From: a virus
Lineage: Duplodnaviria; Caudoviricetes
Reading direction: 5' to 3' (one strand)
Length of the DNA: 64,000 bases
Virus record (IMG/VR): IMGVR_UViG_3300028887_000104
Coordinates: 13,727-77,726 of that record
The translations under genes were made by a program, and so were the position numbers. Numbering within the stretch: the first letter of the stretch is position 1; the number at the start of each line of letters is the position of its first letter. The notes under the pieces are model-generated. The model saw only the letters and a list, made by a program, of their open reading frames with translations, did not search any database and was not told the origin of the DNA. Shown in pieces: positions 1 through 8,946 of the stretch.

Positions 1-1
1 C

Positions 2-394
2 GATATCTCCCCTGTCTGGAACTACGACATCACGGACTACTACTTCGCAGCCGTTCGGGAAACACGTAATAATGACCACCTGCCTCCGTACTGGAACGCC
101 GGCGTCATGCTCATGAACCTCCGTAAACTCAGAGCGGATGGAATGGATGACCGCATTATCCGCGAAATCAATACCCACTATCACAAACACTTAGAACAAG
201 ACGTGCTTAATTTCTTCTGCCATGACCTCATCCTCGACCTGCCATCTACCTATAACGCCTGCTTCGTTACGGACCCGTGCAAGTATCCTCGAATCATGCA
301 CTACCTGTCCACGGCGAAAAAAGACCTGCCAAAGGCACAGCAACAGTACCAGGACCTCACTATCGATCAGCTCAATTTCGGGAAGGAGGAATAA
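2..394 (+). CDS. Glycosyltransferase family 8-like protein (5' truncated by window)
   Basis: Frame open from base 2; motifs YWNAGVMLMNL and EQDVLN followed by L..TYN are typical of GT8. Confidence 0.75.
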   Translation, partial: DISPVWNYDITDYYFAAVRETRNNDHLPPYWNAGVMLMNLRKLRADGMDDRIIREINTHYHKHLEQDVLNFFCHDLILDLPSTYNACFVTDPCKYPRIMHYLSTAKKDLPKAQQQYQDLTIDQLNFGKEE

Positions 395-396
395 CA

Positions 397-957
397 ATGA
401 CTGACGGAGCGAATCTGTCTGATGAACAGATCACAGAAGTGGTAAAAAAGAAACGCGGAGCGAAATGGACACAGGAGCTTTCCGCTGAAGGCGTCGGTAT
501 GGAACCGGGTGAAAACGCACGATATATCCGAAATGCTCTGGCATCATGGAATCTTCCACCGATTGATATTTCCGACCCAAAACAGGTCCAGCAACGCATT
601 ACAGAATACTTCCAGCATTGCGTAGATAACGACAGAAGACCTCAGATCGTAGGCATGTGTAATTGGCTCGGAATAAACAGGAATACGCTGAATGAGTGGA
701 AAAATGGGGAAGTGCGGAGCGGAACACATGGCGACATTATAAAAAAAGCCTATAGCTTGATGGAAGAAATGTGGACCGATTATATGACTAACGGAAAGAT
801 CTCGCCACCTACCGGAATATTCCTTGCAAAAAACTGGTATGGATATAAAGACGTAGCGGATGTAGTCGTAACACCGAATAATCCGCTCCAGGATATGAAC
901 CCGGATGACGCCAGAAAACGACTGGTAGAAGCTATCCCGGAAGAAGATGACGAATAA
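397..957 (+). CDS. terS: Terminase small subunit (P22 gp3-like DNA packaging protein)
   Basis: GGAGGA RBS before ATG 397; ...ITEYFQHC...GMCNWLGINRNTLNEW...GIFLAKNWYGYKD resembles gp3-type TerS. Confidence 0.7.
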   Translation: MTDGANLSDEQITEVVKKKRGAKWTQELSAEGVGMEPGENARYIRNALASWNLPPIDISDPKQVQQRITEYFQHCVDNDRRPQIVGMCNWLGINRNTLNEWKNGEVRSGTHGDIIKKAYSLMEEMWTDYMTNGKISPPTGIFLAKNWYGYKDVADVVVTPNNPLQDMNPDDARKRLVEAIPEEDDE

Positions 958-963
958 CACAGC

Positions 964-998
964 AAACAGGACCAGACGCGATTCTGGCCCTGTTTTTG
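964..998 (+). terminator. Rho-independent terminator after terS
   Basis: AAACAGGACCAGA / TCTGGCCCTGTTT stem followed by T run. Confidence 0.6.
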
Positions 999-1388
999 AT
1001 AGAAAGCAATGCAGGCGTGACGAGAAGGATAATATAATAATAAATGTACATTATGTACACTCATATCTATATTTATATATCCCCAACGTAGCAGGTTGCT
1101 TTTGCTATTCCGGAGCGGACTGTACGTGCAGCGGATGGTTTGCTGATCCGGAAAGCAAGCCTGTTCTTCATTCTTCGGACCGGAGCGGATCCGGATGCCG
1201 CCAGGATGGGCAAAAATGTTCAACTATTCGTAAAAGTATAGTTTAGCGAATAGTTGATATACTATATGTAGTAGTGTATCGACACATGAGGCACTATAGA
1301 AACGATTTTGCATAAGTATGCAGTATATTTACACAATATACGCATAGAAAATATGCATTGATGACCGGCAATATGCGTGAATATGCAT

Positions 1389-1432
1389 AAAAAATGCCCG
1401 CTTCGGAATGCTCCGGAGCGGGTTGTTTTTTA
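1389..1432. terminator. Bidirectional terminator closing the leftward island
   Basis: AAAAAA-TGCCCGCTTCGG / CCGGAGCGGGT-TGTTTTTT hairpin with A and T tracts. Confidence 0.6.
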
Positions 1433-1727
1433 TTTCCAATTAATCCAGTAGGTCAGTAGGTTTGTCTTTCGCGGTTGCAATTGATAGCGTTTGCGCTTGA
1501 CTTGTGGCCTTGGTACTGTCTTGCGCGTTGGATCCGTGCTGGTCCAGGCGCTTTTGTTTGATCTTGTGCCGGAATGGTAGGCGTGTTTGGATTTGTTCCC
1601 GGTCCAGCGTTAGAACTGGTTCATTATGTGGTGGAAAATCAATTACCACTGTTGGCACTTCCTTTGTCGGTTCGGATTGGCAGCAGGTGATACGGGATTG
1701 TCATATGGCGTGTTCTTTTTTTGCGAG

Positions 1728-1940
1728 TTATCCAATGATCAGATCGTCCGGAGCGATTTCTAAGTACCGGCGGAGGAACTCCAGGTCGCTACATGGGGCG
1801 AGTTCATTGCTGACGATTTCCCGGGTATCGTCGTCCATGAGGTTGACGATGATATCCCACGGCACGGACGCGATTGCTTCTTCCGGATTACAGAATGAAT
1901 GTCCGTTGTCGATGCTGATTTTCCTGATCTGATTGTTCAT
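1728..1940 (-). CDS. Hypothetical phage protein
   Basis: AGGAGG RBS, 70 aa, collinear with neighbours. Confidence 0.65.
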   Translation of the reverse strand: MNNQIRKISIDNGHSFCNPEEAIASVPWDIIVNLMDDDTREIVSNELAPCSDLEFLRRYLEIAPDDLIIG

Positions 1941-2000
1941 TTGTTTGTCCTCCTTTTGATTGTTGTTATTATAGCGGATTATGGGACGCGTTGCAATGGG

Positions 2001-2216
2001 TTATGCCGGGTACGCGGCGCATAGTTCGTTCCAGTACGCAGCACACTCACGGTACAGTGACGGGTCTGGAGAGTAATCATCCGTGTCTTTCATGCGGAGC
2101 GACTCTACCAGGTCGATTCGCATCTCTTCCGGTGTCATCGTCTGGCCCCAGCAGTCGGAACAGTGGTACAGGTCAGCTATCCACTGTTTGTATTCGGTAT
2201 CCTTCATTGTTATCAC
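2001..2216 (-). CDS. Hypothetical phage protein
   Basis: AAGGAAG RBS, 71 aa, directly downstream of the FtsK-like gene. Confidence 0.6.
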   Translation of the reverse strand: MITMKDTEYKQWIADLYHCSDCWGQTMTPEEMRIDLVESLRMKDTDDYSPDPSLYRECAAYWNELCAAYPA

Positions 2217-2222
2217 TTCCTT

Positions 2223-2975
2223 TCACGATGCAATGCAGGCGGAGGTTGTCCACCAGTTGAGCAGGGACGGCAGGACGTTGTCGGAATACTTGTAGATGAA
2301 TTCCTTGTGCAGGTTGGCACCGTCGCGAATCCATGCATAGCTTTTGTGCTCTGTGGTCGGGTCCGGGAGCAGTTCACATCCGGGAGCGTCAATCAGGTAC
2401 ATGGACTGACGGCGGGAAGCGGTCCGGAGGCCGACAACGGTCGGGAAATTGCATTTTAGAACGGTTGGGATGGTTACGGCCAGGACGTTCTGGGTGCATG
2501 CTATCATGTGGACGCGGGCAGCTCGTCCGACCTGAGCGATCCTTTGCAGGAGCGGAAGCACAGCGTTTTTCTGTGTCGTCATCAGGTCTGCAAGCTCGTC
2601 AATGATGACGTACATGTCGGAACCGTCGTAGCTTTTGACGTGTTGCGCCTGCATGACGTGGAAACGGCGGTCCATCTCTTCTACGGTCCACTCCAGGGCG
2701 CGGATCATGTCATCAGGTTCCGACGCATAGCGGACCGTGTGTGGGAGCGGAGCGAAGTCCAGAAGCTCAACGCGCTTCGGGTCCAGTAGGACGAATTTGC
2801 AGGATGACGGCGAGCGCTGCATCAGGAGCGTGGTAATAATGCCGTTTACCAGTACGGACTTTCCGGAACCAGTGGCGCCAGCTACCAGGAGATGAGGACG
2901 GGCGGCAAGGTCTAGAAACGGAGCGTAATATTCACCACCCGGGAAACGATATGCTTTCGGAACGGAGCGGATCAT
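2223..2975 (-). CDS. FtsK/SpoIIIE-family ATPase, motor domain only
   Basis: PHLLVAGATGSGKS Walker A, LLDPKRVEL, EEMDRRF, VIIDELADLM Walker B, GRAARVHMIACTQ; no TM or gamma domain. Confidence 0.9.
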   Translation of the reverse strand: MIRSVPKAYRFPGGEYYAPFLDLAARPHLLVAGATGSGKSVLVNGIITTLLMQRSPSSCKFVLLDPKRVELLDFAPLPHTVRYASEPDDMIRALEWTVEEMDRRFHVMQAQHVKSYDGSDMYVIIDELADLMTTQKNAVLPLLQRIAQVGRAARVHMIACTQNVLAVTIPTVLKCNFPTVVGLRTASRRQSMYLIDAPGCELLPDPTTEHKSYAWIRDGANLHKEFIYKYSDNVLPSLLNWWTTSACIAS

Positions 2976-2978
2976 TTT

Positions 2979-3344
2979 TCATACCTCCTTCAAGCACACG
3001 ATATCATTTTCGACGGTGACGTCATAGAAGCCAACAGATACATCGTCATCGTGGTTTTCTTTCCGAAGCGAACGCGCGAAGCGGAGCGCAGCGCGTTTGT
3101 TGGAAAACTCTTTAGCGCCAGCAGAGTGAAACACGATATATGCAAACTTGCACACGACGATTTCGCATACAGAAACGTCGTCCAGGTCCGGAACGCTATG
3201 GGCGAAGCGTAGCGCGTCCGTTTTCCTGGTAAACGGAGCGGGATTTACGCCATCCCGCGACGGACTGATTTCGACGGAGTATCGGCGAATTGTTGCACAA
3301 CTTCCCGGATTGTAATCGTTAATTGTTGCGTACATTCTTCTCAC
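2979..3344 (-). CDS. Hypothetical protein with internal repeat (DALRFA/AALRFA, DDVSV x2)
   Basis: 121 aa ORF, AAGGA RBS. Confidence 0.6.
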   Translation of the reverse strand: MRRMYATINDYNPGSCATIRRYSVEISPSRDGVNPAPFTRKTDALRFAHSVPDLDDVSVCEIVVCKFAYIVFHSAGAKEFSNKRAALRFARSLRKENHDDDVSVGFYDVTVENDIVCLKEV

Positions 3345-3366
3345 ATCCTTTCAAGTGCTTTGGAGG

Positions 3367-3600
3367 TCAAAACTGCGAAACCGGAGCGGATGATATAATG
3401 GCCAGCGGAGCGGAGCGGGACGCGGTCCGGTAAACCCTTACGACGCCGGAGCGGACCGGGATCCGGATGTGTGTATATCCGCCTTCCGTACTGAATCTAT
3501 AGTGGATCCGGTGACGGCGGAGCGACTCCGTGACATCTTTTTCAGTTCTGGCGTTTGATAATACGGAGCGGATACGGTCCGCGGTTAGTAAGATTTTCAT
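3367..3600 (-). CDS. Hypothetical phage protein
   Basis: AAAGGA RBS before ATG at 3600 (MKILLTADR...). Confidence 0.6.
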   Translation of the reverse strand: MKILLTADRIRSVLSNARTEKDVTESLRRHRIHYRFSTEGGYTHIRIPVRSGVVRVYRTASRSAPLAIISSAPVSQF

Positions 3601-3725
3601 GTGATTATGTCCTTTCGTTTTCCTGTAAGCGGAGAATGTATTGGGGCGTTTTTTGTTCAGGCCAGATGCCAGATCAAACCCCGGAGCCTGGGAGCGGATC
3701 ACCGCTCCCATACTCCGCCGGAGTG

Positions 3726-4016
3726 TTATGCGCTCTTTTTCCCTGCGCTTGCTTTTTCTTTCGCGGTTATGACGTTGTATTCCGTAATGGTCCCATATGC
3801 GTCTTTGATATCCGGAAAGTCCTTGTATAGCGCTTTCGTGTCGATTCCGGTCCGCGTTCGCTTATCAATGACGACGTTGTAGGCGTCTGTTTGGAAAAAG
3901 TCCGCGCCTTTCGCATGCTCAAGTATAAGTGATGCAAGCTTTTCTTTTTCCTTCTTTGCTTCCGTTTCGCGGTTTTTTGCGTCGATGTACGCGGAAATAA
4001 TTGCATTAATGTCCAT
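3726..4016 (-). CDS. Hypothetical phage protein (coiled coil + RTGIDTKALYKDFPD motif)
   Basis: GGGAGG RBS, 96 aa. Confidence 0.65.
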   Translation of the reverse strand: MDINAIISAYIDAKNRETEAKKEKEKLASLILEHAKGADFFQTDAYNVVIDKRTRTGIDTKALYKDFPDIKDAYGTITEYNVITAKEKASAGKKSA

Positions 4017-4034
4017 CTTTTTTTCCTCCCGTTT

Positions 4035-4730
4035 TCAATGTTTAGTGAAGTAGGAATCACGTCCCATCTTTGAAAGAAACCAACAAGCTTTACAGTGATT
4101 ACAATCTCCCGGACAATGGATTGCGTTTTCCGGGATCCTTGTTTCTGCCCCGTCATCACACCACGCAACGCGATAATGTTTCCGTAAATCTTCCGGGATT
4201 GTTATTCCAGTCCATCCGGAAAGAACAAGTTCAAAGTTTTCCGTTTGGTAGAATCTTACATGCCGGACAATGTCAAATTGTTTGGTGAAAGCAAGGAAAC
4301 GCGTTTCCGGATGTTTCTTTGCTAACCGTTTCCACATCCGCGCATATTCTATAGAAAAGAAGTCACCGGAAGAATGTACGCGGAATAATGCGGGGTGATA
4401 TTTTTCCAGCCACGCGTCAAGAAGTTTTTCAAGCTTCCGGAGGTGCTTCCGTGAAAGCACTGTATTTTCAGTCCATGCGCGTAAACAGTTATTTTTTTCC
4501 ATGTCGTATCCATGACATAATGCATTTTTCACCGCATAACATCCATTAATACCACATGTCCGGCGCGCTTCCGGGGAACATGTGCACATGGGAAGTAAAT
4601 TCCATGCAGGGATACCATTCAATTTACTGTTATCCCGTGGCGCGTGAAATGTCGCGTTGTCCATTTCCAACGCGTCTTTTTCGATGTGAAAAAGCTTACT
4701 CACATCGTATCCTTTCCTTGTGTTACCCAT
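4035..4730 (-). CDS. Gene product 88 (gp88)-like protein, radical-SAM-related
   Basis: NSKL..IPAWNLLP..TC...C...GCYA and FRVHSSGDFFS..Y...W..LA...PET.F.AFTK motifs. Confidence 0.75.
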   Translation of the reverse strand: MGNTRKGYDVSKLFHIEKDALEMDNATFHAPRDNSKLNGIPAWNLLPMCTCSPEARRTCGINGCYAVKNALCHGYDMEKNNCLRAWTENTVLSRKHLRKLEKLLDAWLEKYHPALFRVHSSGDFFSIEYARMWKRLAKKHPETRFLAFTKQFDIVRHVRFYQTENFELVLSGWTGITIPEDLRKHYRVAWCDDGAETRIPENAIHCPGDCNHCKACWFLSKMGRDSYFTKH

Positions 4731-5555
4731 GTTTCTTTCCTTCTTTCCTTTTATTTTTCGCGGTTTTCCCGCGTATACAGGAAACGCACTTTCATTTCCT
4801 GTATACGCGGGACGGGATCGGGATCCCGTCCGCTTTACTTACTTGTGGAAACGTTCCGCGCTTCCGACGATTTCGTATCCGTCCATATCCAGCGCTTGCA
4901 TTCCGACGATAATCCCGCTTTGTGTTACTTTCCGGATTACTATCACCGGGATATCCGCGTTTCCATAGTACGGGGAAAACATCATGGTTTCGTTTGCTTC
5001 GATAATGTCGAACATTGTTTTTCCCCCTTTATGCGATTTCTACAACGATCGTTTCGTCGTATGGATAAATCCGGAGGACGTCCGCGTTTCTGTATTCTTC
5101 CGGGATATCCATTACAGAAAACCCATGGAAAATACATATGTTGTTTCTGTAAACCTTGAAAAAACCATCAAAAGGAATGTAACCCAGTTTCATCTTTCCC
5201 ACCCTTTCCGCGCTGTCAGATCAAGCGCTTCGTAACATTTTCGTAACATTTTGCCAACCACCCTCCCGGGTTCATAAGTATTCTATCAAATATTTTTGAT
5301 AATTGCAAGTACTTTTGATAAATTTTATCAAATTTATTTTATAGATATTATCTATATTTGATATAGGTGGATCCTATGGCCGCGTCGAACGTGGGACAAA
5401 TTTGTCCCGCGTCTGGCCTGACGGAATCCGGGACAAATTTGTCCCGGCTTTTCCAGGCTGACCTGGCTGGCGGGATCCCACCCCTTGGGGGTAACCCAGC
5501 CGGCAGCCAGGGTGGCTCGTCACCCCCTTCCGTACCCAAAGCGATAAAAAAGTCG

Positions 5556-5584
5556 TTGACAAATTCAAAAATAGCTGATAATAT
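5556..5584 (+). promoter_or_regulatory. Sigma-A type promoter for the XRE gene
   Basis: TTGACA-17 bp-TAATAT with TG extended -10. Confidence 0.65.
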
Positions 5585-5615
5585 CATTACAGAATAAAAC
5601 GGAGGTTGATAAAAA

Positions 5616-5939
5616 ATGAAAGTTTCAGAAGCGATTAAGATGGCGATGAAGAAGAAAAAAATCACGCAAACGGAGATGGCAAATCAGCTTGGAACTGGAC
5701 AGAGCAATTTAAGCATGTGGATGCGCAGTGAGAGCGGAATGCGTGTAGAGAATGTTATCCGGATGGCGAACGCGTGCGGATATGATCTTGTGCTTGTTGA
5801 CAGAAGTGACGTGAAAAATGCTTTCGTGATTGGCGAACGTGATGAAATCCAGTTGGAAAGCTGCGACGATGGGTTTGACGAACGCGTTAGGAAGATTATA
5901 GAAGAAGAGTTTGCAAAAAAGTCGAAGCAGGAAGAATGA
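5616..5939 (+). CDS. XRE-family HTH regulator
   Basis: ITQTEMANQLGTGQSNLSMW HTH signature, GGAGG RBS. Confidence 0.85.
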   Translation: MKVSEAIKMAMKKKKITQTEMANQLGTGQSNLSMWMRSESGMRVENVIRMANACGYDLVLVDRSDVKNAFVIGERDEIQLESCDDGFDERVRKIIEEEFAKKSKQEE

Positions 5940-5954
5940 TTTGGAGGGATTCAA

Positions 5955-6224
5955 ATGGCAGGGAAAAATACAAGGCTGATAATTGAACTGAACGACGGCA
6001 TTGGAGTGATTGACGGACTGGAAGCAATTCTGAACGCGATGAAGGACCTGGACACGCATGGTGAGATGGCCGGTGGCAATGTGATTGAGTGGGATCTGTC
6101 GAAGAATGTACCCGGGTTCAACATTAAAATGCGTGACGAATGCGTTGGCGTTCCTATGAAATATATAGTTTGGAAAGCAAAGCGTACACGCAAGTCCCCC
6201 ACCCCGGTCAGTGAAGTGCAGTGA
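5955..6224 (+). CDS. Hypothetical protein
   Basis: GGAGGG RBS, 89 aa. Confidence 0.6.
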   Translation: MAGKNTRLIIELNDGIGVIDGLEAILNAMKDLDTHGEMAGGNVIEWDLSKNVPGFNIKMRDECVGVPMKYIVWKAKRTRKSPTPVSEVQ

Positions 6225-6280
6225 TTTTCGGAAAATGCGGTTTTGAAAAATCCAGAAAAAACAAAAAAGGAGGGTTCTGT

Positions 6281-6775
6281 ATGAAACGGTTGGTAAGTAT
6301 CCTGTTGGCGGTGGTGCTGGTTTTCGGAATGGCAAGTTCCGCGATGGCGAGTGATGAAAAAGATCTGGCTGAAAATATCCTTAATTACAGTGTAGGGATG
6401 TTGAAGATGTATAAGATGATGTACGAAACATTTGGCGATATGATGGGTGATACGTACATACGGAACGCTTACGCGTATTTAATGATGGCATATGGCGCTT
6501 ATGCTGTGAAAACTGCTGAACTCGCTGACGCGTTGAAAGCGAGTGCCATTAAAGTAAATGAGGAAACCTACAAGCTTTGTGGAGACACGGACATATTGAT
6601 TATAGCGATGCATGATGTTGTATCGCGTGCGGACCAGGCGTATGCGGATTACTATGGCGGGAAGATCACGAGGGAGGAGTTTCTGAAGACGCTGATGGAG
6701 CGGGTTGACCGTGTTATCAGCATGATCGACAGCGCGAACCAATACATGGAAGAGTACAAGAACGGAGGGAACTGA
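6281..6775 (+). CDS. Secreted protein with signal peptide (moron-like)
   Basis: MKRLVSILLAVVLVFGMASSAMA signal peptide, GGAGG RBS. Confidence 0.7.
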   Translation: MKRLVSILLAVVLVFGMASSAMASDEKDLAENILNYSVGMLKMYKMMYETFGDMMGDTYIRNAYAYLMMAYGAYAVKTAELADALKASAIKVNEETYKLCGDTDILIIAMHDVVSRADQAYADYYGGKITREEFLKTLMERVDRVISMIDSANQYMEEYKNGGN

Positions 6776-6999
6776 TGTTTACGATTCTGGTGATCCTGCT
6801 GGCGGCGTTCCTGATCTACGTCGGCGGCGGTAACGGTGAGTTGGGTGTTGTCGCGGTAGCTGTGGTTCTCGGATTGCTGTTGCTGGGGTTGATTTCAGGT
6901 GCGAAGCAGGAGAACAGAGCTTATGGGAACTTTGTAGACTACTGGGCGAAGGGCGGACCGGAGAGTAACCGACGGCACCAGAGTAACCGGAGACGGTAA
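6775..6999 (+). CDS. Small two-TM membrane protein
   Basis: Two hydrophobic stretches, overlaps the previous stop (TGATG). Confidence 0.6.
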   Translation: MFTILVILLAAFLIYVGGGNGELGVVAVAVVLGLLLLGLISGAKQENRAYGNFVDYWAKGGPESNRRHQSNRRR

Positions 7000-7080
7000 G
7001 GAACGGATTTAAGACGCAATATTGCGGGAATGAGGCTGTTTAAGCGGCCTTGTTCCCGTTTTTTGTTTGGGAGGAATGTG

Positions 7081-7292
7081 ATATGGCCAGGATGATTGAG
7101 GATGCAAAGGTTGAAGTGACATGGGGAGATGGAAGAAAGGTGCAGATTGGAACGATTCATATTGAAAGCGAATCGAAGGACACGGTCCGGATCAGGACGA
7201 ATGTGTCACGGTTGCGGATCGGGTGGAGTTTTGTGCGATTAGGGCTGAGTATTATGAAGCGTGGCACCTGCCGGATGAAGGACGGTGTGTGA
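7081..7292 (+). CDS. Hypothetical protein
   Basis: GGGAGG RBS; shorter start chosen within the tracked 7050..7292 ORF, exact start codon uncertain. Confidence 0.45.
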
Positions 7293-8934
7293 TTCTGTGA
7301 ACGAGCTTGAACTGATCCGGAAGAGCATAGAGCGCAGGCCGAACGACCCTGGCATATACCGGGATGCTGTGGCGATCATATATGATGAGATTCAGCGGAA
7401 CGGAAGCCTGGAAGCAAAGTGCTTGAATCGTGTGGTCCGGAACAGGATCCAGAAGGCGATCCGGGCGTGCACGGATGTACGCGTGGCGGAGTCGCTGAAT
7501 GATACGTATTATAAAAGCTTGCTGATGGACGCCAGGGTGGATTTCGACGCGTATTGCCAATACATGGAAAAGAACCGGGACCCGAGGAAGCGGTTCTACC
7601 TGCCAAGGCGGAAGCAGCTGTTGCCGGTGGTGAAAAGTTTACAGAAACTGATGGATGATGAGCTTGATCTGCTTGGGATTAGTCTCCCGCCCGGAGTCGG
7701 GAAAACGACGCTGGCGATATTTTTGCTGACGTGGGTAGCGGGACGGTGGCCTGAAGAGCCGAATTTGACCGGAAGCCACAGCAACGCGTTTGTAAGGGGC
7801 GTGTATGATGAATGTCTGCGGGTGTTTGATAAGAACGGGGAATATCTGTGGCATGACGTGTTTCCGGAAGTGAGTGTATCGAACACGAACGCGAAGGATT
7901 ACCGGATTGACGTAGGCAAACGGAAACGTTTTGAAACACTGGAGTTTACGTCAATTGGCAGCGGGAATGCCGGTCTGTACCGGGCCGGGAGGCTTCTGTA
8001 CTGTGATGATCTGATCAGCGGACTGGAGATCGCGCTGAGTAAGGATCGGTTGGATAAGCTGTGGGAGACGTATACAACAGACCTGCGACAGCGGAAGATC
8101 GGCGATCACTGTAAGGAATTACATATAGCAACAAGGTGGTCTGTGAATGATGTAATCGGAAGGCTTGAGCGTCAGTATGAAGGCTCGGATCGGGCGGAGT
8201 TTATTGCGGTTCCGGCGCTAAATGCGGAAGATGAAAGCAATTTTGACTACATGTACGGTGTTGGTTTCAGCACGGCGTTCTATCATGAGCAGCGGGAAGT
8301 CATGGACGATGCCAGCTGGAAAGCACTGTATATGAATCAACCGATTGAAAGAGAAGGATTGCTGTATGATGCAAAAGAATTGAGAAGGTATTTTGAATTG
8401 CCGGATACGGAGCCTGACGCAATTATTTGTGCATGTGATACAAAAGACCGTGGTACAGACTATTGCGTTATGCCGATAGCGTATCAGTACGGGAAGGATT
8501 ACTATATTGAGGATGTTGTATGCGATAATAGCAATCCGGAGATTGTAGAGCCTCGCCTGGCACAGAAATGCGTAAAGCACAAAGTACACTTTGGTCGGTT
8601 CGAATCAAACAGCGCTGGTGGAAGAGTTGCACAGGCGGTGCAGGAGATGATCAAAGCGCAAGGTGGGAGAACAAAACTAACGACAAAGTTTACTACACAA
8701 CAAAAAGAGACGAAGATCATTATGGCGAGTCCGTTTGTGAAAGAACACTTCATATTTAAAGACGACAGCGTAATTAAGGATAAAGAATACCGAAAATTCC
8801 TAAACTTCCTTTGTTCGTATACAATGGCAGGCCGTAACAAATTCGATGACGTTCCGGACAGCATAAGTATGTTAGCAGATTATGCGCAGACATTCATATC
8901 TGGACAGGTTCAGGTTTTCGCAAGACCGTTTTAA
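7285..8934 (+). CDS. terL: Terminase large subunit
   Basis: SLPPGVGKT Walker A, LLYCDDLISG Walker B, nuclease DTKDRGTDY and FDDVPDS; start uncertain. Confidence 0.92.
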   Translation: MCDSVNELELIRKSIERRPNDPGIYRDAVAIIYDEIQRNGSLEAKCLNRVVRNRIQKAIRACTDVRVAESLNDTYYKSLLMDARVDFDAYCQYMEKNRDPRKRFYLPRRKQLLPVVKSLQKLMDDELDLLGISLPPGVGKTTLAIFLLTWVAGRWPEEPNLTGSHSNAFVRGVYDECLRVFDKNGEYLWHDVFPEVSVSNTNAKDYRIDVGKRKRFETLEFTSIGSGNAGLYRAGRLLYCDDLISGLEIALSKDRLDKLWETYTTDLRQRKIGDHCKELHIATRWSVNDVIGRLERQYEGSDRAEFIAVPALNAEDESNFDYMYGVGFSTAFYHEQREVMDDASWKALYMNQPIEREGLLYDAKELRRYFELPDTEPDAIICACDTKDRGTDYCVMPIAYQYGKDYYIEDVVCDNSNPEIVEPRLAQKCVKHKVHFGRFESNSAGGRVAQAVQEMIKAQGGRTKLTTKFTTQQKETKIIMASPFVKEHFIFKDDSVIKDKEYRKFLNFLCSYTMAGRNKFDDVPDSISMLADYAQTFISGQVQVFARPF

Positions 8935-8946
8935 AGGAGAAAAAGC

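Noticed and set aside
277-396. Longer 226-aa start for terS
   Set aside because: Overlaps the GT8 gene; the strong RBS is before ATG 397.
5625-5670. Self-target of array unit U8 in the XRE gene (EAIKMAMKK)
   Set aside because: Only 6 of 14 dinucleotides match in the best codon-phase alignment; at most it hints at a homologous gene in another phage.
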